Assembly (NCBI RefSeq): GCF_000195855.1
Contig: NC_002677.1
Coordinates: 1,050,001 to 1,082,000 of the forward strand
Length of the DNA stretch: 32,000 nucleotides
Source: Mycobacterium leprae TN
GTDB taxonomy: Bacteria > Actinomycetota > Actinomycetes > Mycobacteriales > Mycobacteriaceae
Direction of reading: 5' to 3'
Below are positions 20,935 to 30,220 of the stretch, one piece after another. Position 1 is the stretch's first letter, and each line of letters begins with the position of its first letter. The position numbers and the translations under genes are program-made. The notes below the pieces were generated by a model. It worked only from the letters and a program-made list of their open reading frames with translations. It was not told where the DNA came from and ran no database searches.

Positions 20935-20980
20935 ATGGGTCTTTATGGGGCAAAGTGGTGGATTGTGGGGTATGGTGACT
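20935..20980 (+). promoter_or_regulatory. Candidate MraZ operator: 10-bp-phased RTGGKK direct repeats
   Basis: ATGGGT(20935) cttt ATGGGG(20945) caaa GTGGTG(20955) gatt GTGGGG(20965) tatg GTGACT(20975). The hexamers have 4-nt spacers and an exact 10-bp period. They lie 48-93 nt upstream of the mraZ start. Confidence 0.55.
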
Positions 20981-21027
20981 GAAGTGTTTGGGCGAGGCGG
21001 GGCTCGGTCTTGGCGGGAGGTCAGCAG

Positions 21028-21459
21028 GTGTTTCTCGGCACCCACACGCCCAAACTCGACGACAAGGGGCGGCTTACTTTGCCCGCTAAATTCCGCGATG
21101 CGTTGGTAGGGGGGTTGATGGTAACCAAGAGCCAAGACCACAGCTTGGCTGTCTACCCCCGGGCGGAATTCGAACAGCTAGCGCGCCGCGCTAGCAAGAT
21201 GTCGCGAAGTAACCCCGAAGCCAGGGCGTTCTTGCGCAATCTCGCTGCTGGGACCGACGAACAACATCCCGACATGCAAGGCCGGATCACGTTGTCAGCC
21301 GACCACCGTCGCTATGCCAACCTTTCTAAGGATTGCGTGGTGATTGGAGCCGTCGACTACCTTGAAATCTGGGACGCACAGGCTTGGCATGACTACCAAC
21401 AGACCCACGAAGAGAACTTTTCCGCGGCCAGCGATGAAGCACTTGGCGACATCATCTAA
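21028..21459 (+). CDS. mraZ: Transcriptional regulator MraZ
   Basis: Two SpoVT/AbrB-type repeats with DxxxR motifs ([14 protein letters not shown] and [12 protein letters not shown]). GTG 21028 is preceded by GGGAGG (21015-21020). 143 aa. Confidence 0.95.
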   Translation: MFLGTHTPKLDDKGRLTLPAKFRDALVGGLMVTKSQDHSLAVYPRAEFEQLARRASKMSRSNPEARAFLRNLAAGTDEQHPDMQGRITLSADHRRYANLSKDCVVIGAVDYLEIWDAQAWHDYQQTHEENFSAASDEALGDII

Positions 21460-21526
21460 TGCGTGGTTACTCGCTGCATCCGGCTCCGCCGCGCTTGCGA
21501 TCGCCACGAGATCTAAGGCGCATGCT

Positions 21527-21615
21527 CCCGCATCGTGGTCTCTGTCCGAAGGCACGACCCTGGCGTACTTCCCCAACGCCAGGGTCGTGCCTTCGGACAG
21601 AGACCACGATGCGGG
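21527..21615. repeat. Perfect 40-bp-arm inverted repeat with a 9-nt loop between mraZ and the rsmH core
   Basis: The left arm 21527-21566 is CCCGCATCGTGGTCTCTGTCCGAAGGCACGACCCTGGCGT. The loop is ACTTCCCCA. The right arm 21576-21615 is its exact reverse complement, which I verified base by base. Confidence 0.95.
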
Positions 21616-22705
21616 GATATTTGCGTTCTTCGGGGCGGTTCCGAGGAGCGACAGGTGCCGCCAGACCCGGGGAGGTGGCGAGGTGGTTGACGGCTCAAGT
21701 GTTTTCGGGCATGTGCCCGTCTTTGCGCAACGGTGTGTCACTCTGCTTGCCCCCGCGTTGACCCGCCATCACGCTGACGGGTCCAATGCGATCCTGGTGG
21801 ATGCCACTCTCGGTGTTGGTGGGCACGCAGAGCGATTCCTGACCGAATTTCCGGGTTTGCGGCTGATTGGACTTGACCGCGACCCGAGCGCCCTGGATAT
21901 CGCCCGGACTCGGCTAATGCGATTTGCCGACCGGGTCACGTTAATCCACACGCGTTATGACAACCTCGCTGTAGCACTGAACAAATTTGGTTATGCCGCA
22001 GTGGAATCGGTCGATGGTGTGCTGTTCGATCTGGGTGTTTCGTCCATGCAGCTGGACTGTGCCGAGCGGGGTTTTTCCTACGCTCAAGACGTGCCGTTGG
22101 ACATGCGGATGGACCCGTGGTCACCGGTTAGCGCGGCCGACATCGTCAATAATTACGACGAGGCCGCATTAGCCGATATCCTTCGCCGGTATGGTGAGGA
22201 GCGATTCGCGCGCCGCATCGCTGCGCACATCGTCCGCCGGCGTGCCCACACCCCGTTTACTTCGACCGCCGAGCTGGTAGCTCTGTTGTACCAGGCGATT
22301 CCAGCACCGGCCCGGCGCATCGGAGGCCATCCGGCCAAGCGCACGTTTCAGGCGTTGCGGATCGCGGTCAACGACGAGTTGAACTCGCTGAGTAACGTCC
22401 TTCCCGCTGCGCTGGATGCGCTCACTGTGGCCGGGCGCCTCGTGGTGCTAGCCTATCAGTCGCTCGAAGACCGGATTGTCAAACGCGTGTTTGCCGACGC
22501 GGTCTCCTCCCGCACACCGGCGGGCCTCCCGATCGAACTTCCGGGCCATGGACCGCGATTCCGGTTGTTGACGCGTGGCGCTGAACACGCAGATGCCGCC
22601 GAGATCGAATGTAATCCCCGCAGTGCCGCCGTGCGATTACGGGCTCTGCAACGAACCCAGCATGGAGTGGAACCGCAGCAGCCAACCAGGAGGGGCGACT
22701 CATGA
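21587..22705 (+). CDS. rsmH: 16S rRNA (cytosine1402-N4)-methyltransferase RsmH (MraW)
   Basis: The core begins [11 protein letters not shown] (about 21710). It carries [13 protein letters not shown] (SAM site), [11 protein letters not shown] and [18 protein letters not shown]. The start is uncertain. GTG 21587 lies inside the right arm of the palindrome. GTG 21683 has GGAGG (21671-21675) 7 nt upstream and is the better ribosome-binding candidate. The track start at 21344 overlaps mraZ and is not credible. Confidence 0.9.
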   Translation: MPSDRDHDAGIFAFFGAVPRSDRCRQTRGGGEVVDGSSVFGHVPVFAQRCVTLLAPALTRHHADGSNAILVDATLGVGGHAERFLTEFPGLRLIGLDRDPSALDIARTRLMRFADRVTLIHTRYDNLAVALNKFGYAAVESVDGVLFDLGVSSMQLDCAERGFSYAQDVPLDMRMDPWSPVSAADIVNNYDEAALADILRRYGEERFARRIAAHIVRRRAHTPFTSTAELVALLYQAIPAPARRIGGHPAKRTFQALRIAVNDELNSLSNVLPAALDALTVAGRLVVLAYQSLEDRIVKRVFADAVSSRTPAGLPIELPGHGPRFRLLTRGAEHADAAEIECNPRSAAVRLRALQRTQHGVEPQQPTRRGDS

Positions 22706-23835
22706 AGGCTCAGCGCGACACGCCGATCCGCCGTGGTGACAGTGGCCGTCCGGGTGGACGCGACGGTGCTGCCCGCAGTGGCAAGCGCACTGCTAATGAG
22801 GCGGGGTCACGTCGCCTCCGAACGCACGCTGGCAAGATCTCGGCTTCCGCCCGTGAGGTCGGGGTGCCGAAGTCTGGACCACGAACCAGCCCGATGTCCC
22901 GACCGGTCGAACGTCCAGCTCGCCCCAGAAACACCACGCAGGCTAAGGCGCGGGCAAAGGCACGGAAAGCCAAGGCGCCCAAGGTTGTCCGTCCTCGGTT
23001 GGGTGAGTGTTTGATCGCCCGGTTGGCATTGATAGATCTGCGGCCACGGACATTGGTGAACAAAGTTCCGTTTGTCGTGCTGGTAATCAGCTCTCTCGGC
23101 GTTGGGTTGGGCCTGACGCTGTGGTTGTCCACTGACTCTGCTGAGCGTTCGTACCAGCTGGGTGATGCCCGTGAACAGGCTCGGATGCTGCAACAGCAGA
23201 AGGAAGCGCTTGAACGTGATGTGCGGGAAGCCGAATCCGCGCCGGCACTGGCCGAGACCGCTCGCAAGCAGGGCATGATCCCGACCAGGGATACTGCCCA
23301 CTTGGTCCAGGGCCCGGGCGGTAACTGGGTGGTCGTAGGTACGCCCAAGCCGGCTGACGGCGTTCCGCCGCCGCCGTTGAACACGAAGCTTCCTGACGCA
23401 GGTCCTCCGTCGTTGAAACCGCCGGAAATTCCCCTGGAAGTCCCGGTTAGGGTAGTACCGGGCCCCGGTGGGCCACCCCCGCCGGCGAGGTCTGGACCGC
23501 AGATGTGGTTGCGCGTTCCCGACGGCGCAACAACTTTGGGAGGCCAACACCTACCCCAAGAACTTCCGCAGTTACCTGGTATGCTTAACGGGCCGGCCGC
23601 TGCGCAGGTGCAGGTCCCGGGGTTTATGCCGACGCCGGGACTGCCAATTCCAGGCAGCACTATGCGCGTCCCAGTGCCCGCGCCGGCACCAACGGAAGTG
23701 CCGGTTCGGCTGCAACCGGGGCTGGTGTCTCCCGCAGTCACGAGTCCGGTTATATCGACGAGCCCGGTGCCCACGCCGGTTAACAGCGAGCAGTTCGGCC
23801 CCGTCACGGCCACAGCGCCAGGGACGTCGCGGTGA
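22702..23835 (+). CDS. FtsL-position bitopic septal membrane protein with a basic N-terminus and a long Pro-rich C-terminal tail (Rv2164c-like)
   Basis: ATGA overlap with the rsmH stop. The N-terminus is Arg/Lys-rich ([14 protein letters not shown]). There is a single [23 protein letters not shown], then a coiled-coil, [31 protein letters not shown]. The following tail of about 170 aa is Pro-rich. Confidence 0.85.
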   Translation: MKAQRDTPIRRGDSGRPGGRDGAARSGKRTANEAGSRRLRTHAGKISASAREVGVPKSGPRTSPMSRPVERPARPRNTTQAKARAKARKAKAPKVVRPRLGECLIARLALIDLRPRTLVNKVPFVVLVISSLGVGLGLTLWLSTDSAERSYQLGDAREQARMLQQQKEALERDVREAESAPALAETARKQGMIPTRDTAHLVQGPGGNWVVVGTPKPADGVPPPPLNTKLPDAGPPSLKPPEIPLEVPVRVVPGPGGPPPPARSGPQMWLRVPDGATTLGGQHLPQELPQLPGMLNGPAAAQVQVPGFMPTPGLPIPGSTMRVPVPAPAPTEVPVRLQPGLVSPAVTSPVISTSPVPTPVNSEQFGPVTATAPGTSR

Positions 23836-25859
23836 GACGCGGCGACGCTCACCGCCCATGCTCGTCGCGGTCGGCACAGTTGGGGAACAGCTCCAGCACA
23901 CCGCCCGTTCGGCAACCCAAGCGGCTTCGCCAACCAGAGAAAGCTAGGAAAGCCAAGGACACCAAAAAATCTCGCTCAGCAGTCGCGGCGGATGCAGTGA
24001 CGGAGGGTCGTTCAGCTCGGAAGCGGCGCACCCGGCAGGTGGTCGAAATAGGAACTTACGGTCCATCTTTTATCTTCCGGCATCGGGGTGGCAACGTGGT
24101 TATCTTCGCGTTGATGCTGGTGGCGGCGACGCAGCTGTTCAACCTACAGGTTTCAAATGCCGCGGGTCTGCGTGCTCAGGCGGCCGGACAGCTCAGGGTA
24201 ACTGACGTCGAAAAGGCGGTTCGCGGCAGCATAACCGACCGCAACAACGAGCAACTTGCCTTCACTATCGAATCGCGCGCGTTGACGTTTCAGCCGAAGA
24301 AAATTCGCCAGCAGCTGGAGGAAGCCAAACAGAAAACGCCATCCGCTCCTGACCCGCAGCAGCGCCTACAAGATATCGCCAAGGAGGTCGCGGGTCGGTT
24401 GAGCAACAAGCCCGACGGTCCGTCGTTGCTGAAGAAGCTGCAAAGCAACGACAGTTTCGTCTATTTGGCGCGCGCCGTCGATCCTGCCGTCGCCGAGGCG
24501 ATCTCCGCCAAATATCCCGAAGTTGGTTCTGAACGGCAGGACCTGCGCCAGTATCCGGGCGGATCACTAGCGGCCAACATCGTCGGCGGCATCGACTGGG
24601 ACGGGCATGGATTGCTGGGTCTTGAGGACTCCCTGGACTCCGTGTTGTCCGGAACCGACGGTTCGGTCACCTACGACCGCGGGTCCGACGGTGTGGTAAT
24701 CCCGGGCAGCTACCGCAATCGGCACCGGGCGGTTAACGGCTCGACCGTCCAGCTCACCATCGACGACGACATCCAGTTCTACGTGCAGCAGCAGGTGCAG
24801 CAGGCAAAGAACTTGTCCGGTGCCCATAATGTTTCGGCCGTCGTCCTGGATGCCAAGACTGGCGAAGTACTTGCCATGGCCAACGACAACACCTTCGACC
24901 CGTCGCAAGACATTGGGCGCCAAGGTGGTAAGCAGCTGGGTAACTTGGCAGTTTCCTCGCCATTTGAGCCGGGCTCGGTGAATAAGGTCATCACCGCATC
25001 CGCGGTCATTGAATATGGGCTGTCCACTCCCGATGAGGTGCTGCAGGTTCCTGGCTCGATCCAGATGGGTGGTGTGTCCGTCCATGATGCGTGGGAGCAC
25101 GGTGTGATGCCCTATACCACCACTGGAGTGTTTGGAAAGTCTTCCAACGTCGGTACGTTGATGCTGGCCCAGCGTGTCGGTCCGGAACGCTTTTACGACA
25201 TGGTCCGCAAGTTCGGGTTAGGTCAACTCACCGGCGTGGGGCTGCCCGGTGAAAGCGAGGGGTTGGTACCGTCCGTCGACCAATGGTCGGGCAGCACTTT
25301 TTCGAATTTGCCTATAGGGCAAGGTCTTTCGACGACTCTACTGCAGATGACCGGAATGTATCAAGTCATTGCCAATGACGGGGTGCGGATACCGCCGCGG
25401 ATCATTAAGGCTACTAACGCAGCTGACGGTACGCGGACGCAAGAACCGCGGCCGGACGGCATTCGGGTGGTGTCGCCGCAGACTGCCCAGACCGTGCGGC
25501 AGATGCTGCGCGCTGTGGTGCAAAAAGATCCGATGGGTTACCAGCAGGGTACTGGTCCCGCGGCCGGGGTGTCCGGCTATCAGATAGCCGGCAAGACAGG
25601 TACTGCGCAGCAAGTTAATCCCGCCTGCAGATGCTACTTCGACGATGTCTACTGGATTACCTTTGCTGGAATGGCTACCGTCGACAATCCCCGCTACGTC
25701 ATCGGCACCATGATGGACAACCCTGAGCGCAACGCGGACGGTACGCCCGGTCACAGTGCGGCCCCACTTTTCCATAACGTCGCGGGCTGGCTGATGCAGC
25801 GTGAGAACGTGCCGCTGTCACCGGATCCGGGACCACCGTTGACGCTGCAGGCCACCTAG
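23832..25859 (+). CDS. pbpB: Class B penicillin-binding protein, septal transpeptidase (FtsI/PbpB)
   Basis: GTGA overlap with the upstream stop. It has a TM anchor (VVIFALMLVAATQLF) and the transpeptidase motifs SVNK (SxxK), SSN and KTGTA. 675 aa. Confidence 0.95.
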   Translation: MRRGDAHRPCSSRSAQLGNSSSTPPVRQPKRLRQPEKARKAKDTKKSRSAVAADAVTEGRSARKRRTRQVVEIGTYGPSFIFRHRGGNVVIFALMLVAATQLFNLQVSNAAGLRAQAAGQLRVTDVEKAVRGSITDRNNEQLAFTIESRALTFQPKKIRQQLEEAKQKTPSAPDPQQRLQDIAKEVAGRLSNKPDGPSLLKKLQSNDSFVYLARAVDPAVAEAISAKYPEVGSERQDLRQYPGGSLAANIVGGIDWDGHGLLGLEDSLDSVLSGTDGSVTYDRGSDGVVIPGSYRNRHRAVNGSTVQLTIDDDIQFYVQQQVQQAKNLSGAHNVSAVVLDAKTGEVLAMANDNTFDPSQDIGRQGGKQLGNLAVSSPFEPGSVNKVITASAVIEYGLSTPDEVLQVPGSIQMGGVSVHDAWEHGVMPYTTTGVFGKSSNVGTLMLAQRVGPERFYDMVRKFGLGQLTGVGLPGESEGLVPSVDQWSGSTFSNLPIGQGLSTTLLQMTGMYQVIANDGVRIPPRIIKATNAADGTRTQEPRPDGIRVVSPQTAQTVRQMLRAVVQKDPMGYQQGTGPAAGVSGYQIAGKTGTAQQVNPACRCYFDDVYWITFAGMATVDNPRYVIGTMMDNPERNADGTPGHSAAPLFHNVAGWLMQRENVPLSPDPGPPLTLQAT

Positions 25860-25985
25860 CGGTGTGAGCGTAGCCGACATCGGCATTAGTGAGCGGTGAC
25901 GTCTACTCGCTAATTTTCGCTTTAGCGGCGATTTCGCCGCCCTGTGCTGGAGCCGGTGTGTCCGGGTAGGGTGTCATGGCTAGTC

Positions 25986-27593
25986 ATGGTTGACGGAGGT
26001 GTGACTGAGGTGGTGGCGGTGCCGGTTAGGTTGCGCCCCAGCGCCACTGCGGGGGTGCGGCTCCCTGAGCTTGTGGCTCAGGTTGGTGCTGTGCTGGCCG
26101 ACGGCCCCGGGCAGGCGGCGACTGTCCCAGACATTCCGGTGACCGGTGTGACGCTGCGGGCCCAGGAGGTGCTGTCCGGTGATCTGTTCGCTGCATTGGC
26201 TGGTGCATCCACACACGGCGCTCGGTATGCCGGCGTTGCGCTCGAACGAGGTGCTGTCGCGGTGCTTACCGACGTTGCAGGGGTCGCCGAGCTGACAGCC
26301 CAGGCCAGCAGCGTGCCGATACTCATACATCCGGAACCCCGCAGCGTGCTCGGCGGTCTTGCCGCCGCGGCATATGGACATCCCTCCAACCGGATGACGG
26401 TTGTTGGGATTACTGGAACATCGGGTAAGACGACTACCACCTATATGGTTGAGGCTGGTTTACGGGCTGGTGGGCGAGTGGTCGGGCTAGTCGGCACCAT
26501 CGGCATTCGGATCGACGGTGCCGACATCCCTAGCTTTCTGACCACGCCGGAGGCTCCTGCGCTGCAGGCGATGCTCGCGGCGATGGTCGAGCGCGGTGTG
26601 GAAACCGTGGTTATGGAGGTGTCTAGTCACGCGTTGAGTCTGGGTCGGGTGGAAGGCACCCAGTTCGCAGTGGCCGGTTTCACCAATTTGTCTCGCGACC
26701 ACCTCGATTTTCACCCCGACATGGAGGAGTATTTCGAAGCCAAGGCGGTGCTGTTCGATCCGCACTCGTTGCTGCGGGCTCGCACCGTCGTGGTATGCAT
26801 CGACGATGACGCTGGGCGCGCGACGGCCGCCCGGGCCGGTGACGCCATCACAGTCAGCGCCCTAGGTCAACCCGCATCGTGGCGCGCGACGGACATTAGG
26901 TCACCGGGTGTCGGAGCCCAGGAGTTCACCGCCGTAGACCCCGCCGGTGTCCAGCACCGGGTCGGCATTCGGTTACCCGGCCGCTACAACGTCGCTAATT
27001 GTCTTGTCGCCCTGGCGATTCTAGACGTTGTTGGGGTGTCTCCGGAGCAGGCTTCCTTGGGGTTCCGGGACATCCGAATCCCCGGACGACTGGAACGGAT
27101 CGACTGCGGCCAAGATTTTCTTGCACTGGTCGACTATGCGCACAAGCCAGGAGCGTTACACTCAGTGTTGACCGCCCTACTGCAGCCGGACCATCGGCTG
27201 GCAGTGGTGTTCGGTGCGGGGGGCGAGCGTGACCCGGGCAAGCGGGCTCCGATGGGCGAGATTGCCGCTGAGCTAGCCGATTTGGTCGTCGTGACCGATG
27301 ACAACCCGCGTGGCGAGGATCCGGCGGCAATTCGTCGTGACATTCTGACCGGCACTGTCGCGGCTGGCGGTGCGGCGCAGGTCGTCGAGATTGGTGACCG
27401 GCGGGCTGCTATCCAATACGCGGTTGCTTGGGCGGGTCCTGATGACGTGGTGTTGGTGGCGGGCAAAGGTCATGAAACCGGGCAGCGGGGCGCTGCCGAG
27501 ACCTGCCCCTTCGACGACCGGGTGGAGCTGGCTCGGGCGCTGCAGGTCCGTGACGCCCGACTGCTTCCTGCGCCTGGGCGAGCGTGCCAATGA
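25986..27593 (+). CDS. murE: UDP-N-acetylmuramoyl-L-alanyl-D-glutamate--2,6-diaminopimelate ligase
   Basis: [12 protein letters not shown]-loop, DNPR motif ([11 protein letters not shown]) and GKGHE. ATG 25986 gives 535 aa. GTG 25944 and GTG 26010 are alternative starts. Confidence 0.93.
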   Translation: MVDGGVTEVVAVPVRLRPSATAGVRLPELVAQVGAVLADGPGQAATVPDIPVTGVTLRAQEVLSGDLFAALAGASTHGARYAGVALERGAVAVLTDVAGVAELTAQASSVPILIHPEPRSVLGGLAAAAYGHPSNRMTVVGITGTSGKTTTTYMVEAGLRAGGRVVGLVGTIGIRIDGADIPSFLTTPEAPALQAMLAAMVERGVETVVMEVSSHALSLGRVEGTQFAVAGFTNLSRDHLDFHPDMEEYFEAKAVLFDPHSLLRARTVVVCIDDDAGRATAARAGDAITVSALGQPASWRATDIRSPGVGAQEFTAVDPAGVQHRVGIRLPGRYNVANCLVALAILDVVGVSPEQASLGFRDIRIPGRLERIDCGQDFLALVDYAHKPGALHSVLTALLQPDHRLAVVFGAGGERDPGKRAPMGEIAAELADLVVVTDDNPRGEDPAAIRRDILTGTVAAGGAAQVVEIGDRRAAIQYAVAWAGPDDVVLVAGKGHETGQRGAAETCPFDDRVELARALQVRDARLLPAPGRACQ

Positions 27594-29143
27594 TCGACCT
27601 GACGGTTGCCCGGGTTACCGAGATCGTCGGTGGCGCGTTGGTCGATATCTCTCCCGAGGAGGCCGCCGAGCGTCGCGTCACCGGCAGCGTGGAATTTGAT
27701 TCGCGGGCTGTTGGCCCCGGCGGTCTATTCCTGGCCTTGCCGGGGGCCCGCTCGGACGGACATGACCATGCTGCTTCGGCGATAGCGGCCGGTGCGGTGG
27801 CTGTGTTGGCTGCCCGGCCGGTCGGCGTTCCCGCCATCGTAGTTGCTCCTGACCCTCGCACGGGTGACGGCGGGCTGACTGGGGTGCTTGAGCACGATGC
27901 AGACGGATCGGGCGCGGCGGTGCTGGCCGCCTTGGCTAAGTTGGCCAAGGCGGTGGCCGCGGAGCTGGTAGCTGGCGGGCTGACTATCATTGGGATTACC
28001 GGATCGTCGGGGAAGACATCCACCAAAGATTTGGTGGCCGTCGTGCTGGAGTTGCTCGGTGAGGTGGTGGCGCCACCCGAGTCGTTCAACAATGAACTGG
28101 GTCATCCCTGGACAGTGTTGCGTGCAACCCGTAGCACGGACTATTTGATTCTGGAGATGTCGGCACGCCGTCCCGGTAATATTGCCGCGTTGGCGGCGAT
28201 CGCCCCACCAAAGATAGGGGTTGTCCTCAACGTCGGCACTGCGCACCTAGGTGAGTTTGGCTCCCGGGAAGCCATCGCGCGAACTAAAACCGAGCTTCCG
28301 CAAGCTATTATGCAGTCCGGTGTGGTCATACTCAACGTCGATGACCCGGCGGTGGCGGCGATGGCTGACGCGACCGTGGCCCGCGTGATTCGGGTTAGTC
28401 GCGGTAGTTATAGCCATCCGGGGTCACCAAACAGCCCAGACGTTTGGACTGGTCCGGTGTCGCTCGACGAACTTGCTAGGCCGCGCTTCACGCTGCATAC
28501 TCGAGATCCACGCGCCGGCGCCACCGAAATCCAACTCGGCGTGTACGGCGATCATCAGGTCGCCAACGCCTTGTGCGCGGCTGCGGTCGGACTGGAATGC
28601 GGTGCTAGCGTCGAGGAAGTGGCGGTCGCGCTTGCCGCGACAGGGCCGGTGTCGCGGCATCGGATGCAGGTGACCACGCGCGCTGACGGGGTGACGGTGA
28701 TCGACGACACCTACAACGCCAACCCCGACTCGATGCGGGCCGGGCTACAGGCTTTGGCCTGGATCGCGCATGGTGGGACCCATGATAAGAACCAGCCAGG
28801 TTCTTGTGCTCGACGAAGCTGGGCGGTGTTGGGTGAGATGGCCGAGCTTGGAGAGGACTCGATAACCGAACACGATCGCATCGGCCGGCTAGCGGTGCGC
28901 TTAGATGTGTCTCGACTCGTTGTCGTGGGAGGGGGAAGGTCGATAAACGCCATGCACCGCGGAGCGGTTATGGAAGGTTCTTGGGGTTTAGAGACGGTTA
29001 ATGTGGCCGACCCCGCTGCTGCCCTGACATTGTTGCGGGCTGAAGTACGACCCGGCGACGTGGTCCTGATCAAGGCGTCGCATTCGGTCGGCCTAGGAGC
29101 GCTGGCTGATGTACTGGTGGGCGACGGGGCCATCCGCCCATGA
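27590..29143 (+). CDS. murF: UDP-N-acetylmuramoyl-tripeptide--D-alanyl-D-alanine ligase
   Basis: ATGA overlap with the murE stop (27590-27593). Begins [17 protein letters not shown] and carries [12 protein letters not shown] and [11 protein letters not shown]. Confidence 0.95.
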   Translation: MIDLTVARVTEIVGGALVDISPEEAAERRVTGSVEFDSRAVGPGGLFLALPGARSDGHDHAASAIAAGAVAVLAARPVGVPAIVVAPDPRTGDGGLTGVLEHDADGSGAAVLAALAKLAKAVAAELVAGGLTIIGITGSSGKTSTKDLVAVVLELLGEVVAPPESFNNELGHPWTVLRATRSTDYLILEMSARRPGNIAALAAIAPPKIGVVLNVGTAHLGEFGSREAIARTKTELPQAIMQSGVVILNVDDPAVAAMADATVARVIRVSRGSYSHPGSPNSPDVWTGPVSLDELARPRFTLHTRDPRAGATEIQLGVYGDHQVANALCAAAVGLECGASVEEVAVALAATGPVSRHRMQVTTRADGVTVIDDTYNANPDSMRAGLQALAWIAHGGTHDKNQPGSCARRSWAVLGEMAELGEDSITEHDRIGRLAVRLDVSRLVVVGGGRSINAMHRGAVMEGSWGLETVNVADPAAALTLLRAEVRPGDVVLIKASHSVGLGALADVLVGDGAIRP

Positions 29144-30219
29144 GACAGATCCTTGTCGCTGTCACAGTCGCGCTGGTTGTGTCTATCCTGTTGACCCCAG
29201 CGCTGATCCGGTTGTTCACCAGACACGGCTTCGGCCAGGAAATCCGTGAAGACGGCCCACCCAGCCACCACAACAAACGGGGAACCCCATCTATGGGTGG
29301 TGTTGCCATTGTCGCCGGCATTTGGGCCGGCTACCTGGGCACTCATCTGGCAGGCTTGGCGTTCGATGGTGAAGGCGTATCGGCGTCGGGTGTGCTGGTG
29401 TTGGGTCTGGCTACTGCGCTGGGCGGCGTCGGATTCCTCGATGACTTGATCAAGATCCGCAGGTCGCGCAACCTCGGGTTGAACAAGACAGCCAAGACCG
29501 TCGGGCAGATAACAGCCGCGGTGCTGTTCGGGGTGCTGGTGTTGCAGTTCCGCAATGGCGCCGGCTTGACACCGGCCAGCGCGGATCTGTCCTACGTGCG
29601 TGAGATTGCGACCGTCACCTTGGCGCCGGCGTTATTCGTGCTGTTCTGCATGGTCATCGTCAGTGCCTGGTCAAATGCGGTCAACTTCACCGACGGCTTA
29701 GACGGGCTGGCCGCTGGCAGTATGGCGATGGTCACCGCCGCCTATGTTTTGATCACCTTTTGGCAATATCGCAATGCGTGCGTGACGGCGCCGGGACTGG
29801 GTTGCTATAATGTGCGCGATCCGCTGGACCTGACGTTGATTGCAGCTGCGACGGTGGGCGCGTGTATTGGCTTTTTGTGGTGGAATGCCGCACCGGCCAA
29901 GATTTTCATGGGAGATACCGGGTCCCTAGCGTTGGGTGGCGTGATCGCTGGCTTGTCGGTCACCAGTCGCACTGAGATTCTTGCGGTCGTGCTGGGTTCG
30001 CTGTTCGTTGCCGAAATCACCTCGGTTGTATTGCAGATTCTGGCTTTCCGGACCACTGGTCGTCGGGTGTTTCGGATGGCGCCGTTCCACCATCATTTCG
30101 AATTGGCCGGTTGGGCCGAAACCACTGTGATCATTCGTTTTTGGCTGCTCACAGCGATCGCTTGCGGTCTGGGCGTGGTCCTGTTCTATGGCGAGTGGCT
30201 AGCCACCATTGGCGCTTGA
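29140..30219 (+). CDS. mraY: Phospho-N-acetylmuramoyl-pentapeptide transferase
   Basis: ATGA overlap with the murF stop. 359-aa polytopic protein with [22 protein letters not shown] and [11 protein letters not shown] motifs. Confidence 0.96.
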   Translation: MRQILVAVTVALVVSILLTPALIRLFTRHGFGQEIREDGPPSHHNKRGTPSMGGVAIVAGIWAGYLGTHLAGLAFDGEGVSASGVLVLGLATALGGVGFLDDLIKIRRSRNLGLNKTAKTVGQITAAVLFGVLVLQFRNGAGLTPASADLSYVREIATVTLAPALFVLFCMVIVSAWSNAVNFTDGLDGLAAGSMAMVTAAYVLITFWQYRNACVTAPGLGCYNVRDPLDLTLIAAATVGACIGFLWWNAAPAKIFMGDTGSLALGGVIAGLSVTSRTEILAVVLGSLFVAEITSVVLQILAFRTTGRRVFRMAPFHHHFELAGWAETTVIIRFWLLTAIACGLGVVLFYGEWLATIGA

Positions 30220-30220
30220 C

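Noticed and set aside
20710-21141. 143-aa minus-strand ORF spanning the mraZ upstream region and 5' end
   Set aside because: It overlaps the mraZ start and the repeat array. It has no motifs, and the region is better explained as the mraZ promoter and leader.
21344-21586. Track start of the rsmH ORF at 21344 (453 aa)
   Set aside because: It would overlap 116 nt of mraZ and read through the palindrome. The encoded residues are not methyltransferase-like. Downstream GTG starts are more plausible.
22710-23933. 407-aa ORF on the minus strand
   Set aside because: It is exactly antisense to the Pro-rich FtsL-like gene. Its composition (Gly/Pro/Arg/Ser runs) is the mirror image of Pro codons. It carries no motifs, and the sense gene has dcw synteny and translational coupling.
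27409-28092. 227-aa minus-strand ORF; similar shadow ORFs occur at 28711-29346, 27725-28246, 24567-25100, 15342-16061, 11893-12564, 7197-7811 and 8607-9131
   Set aside because: All overlap well-supported genes (murE/murF, mraY, pbpB, mptA, aroG, the ArsA-like gene, the Rv2181-like gene) in antisense or alternative frames. All have Arg/Pro/Gly/Ser-biased, low-complexity composition.
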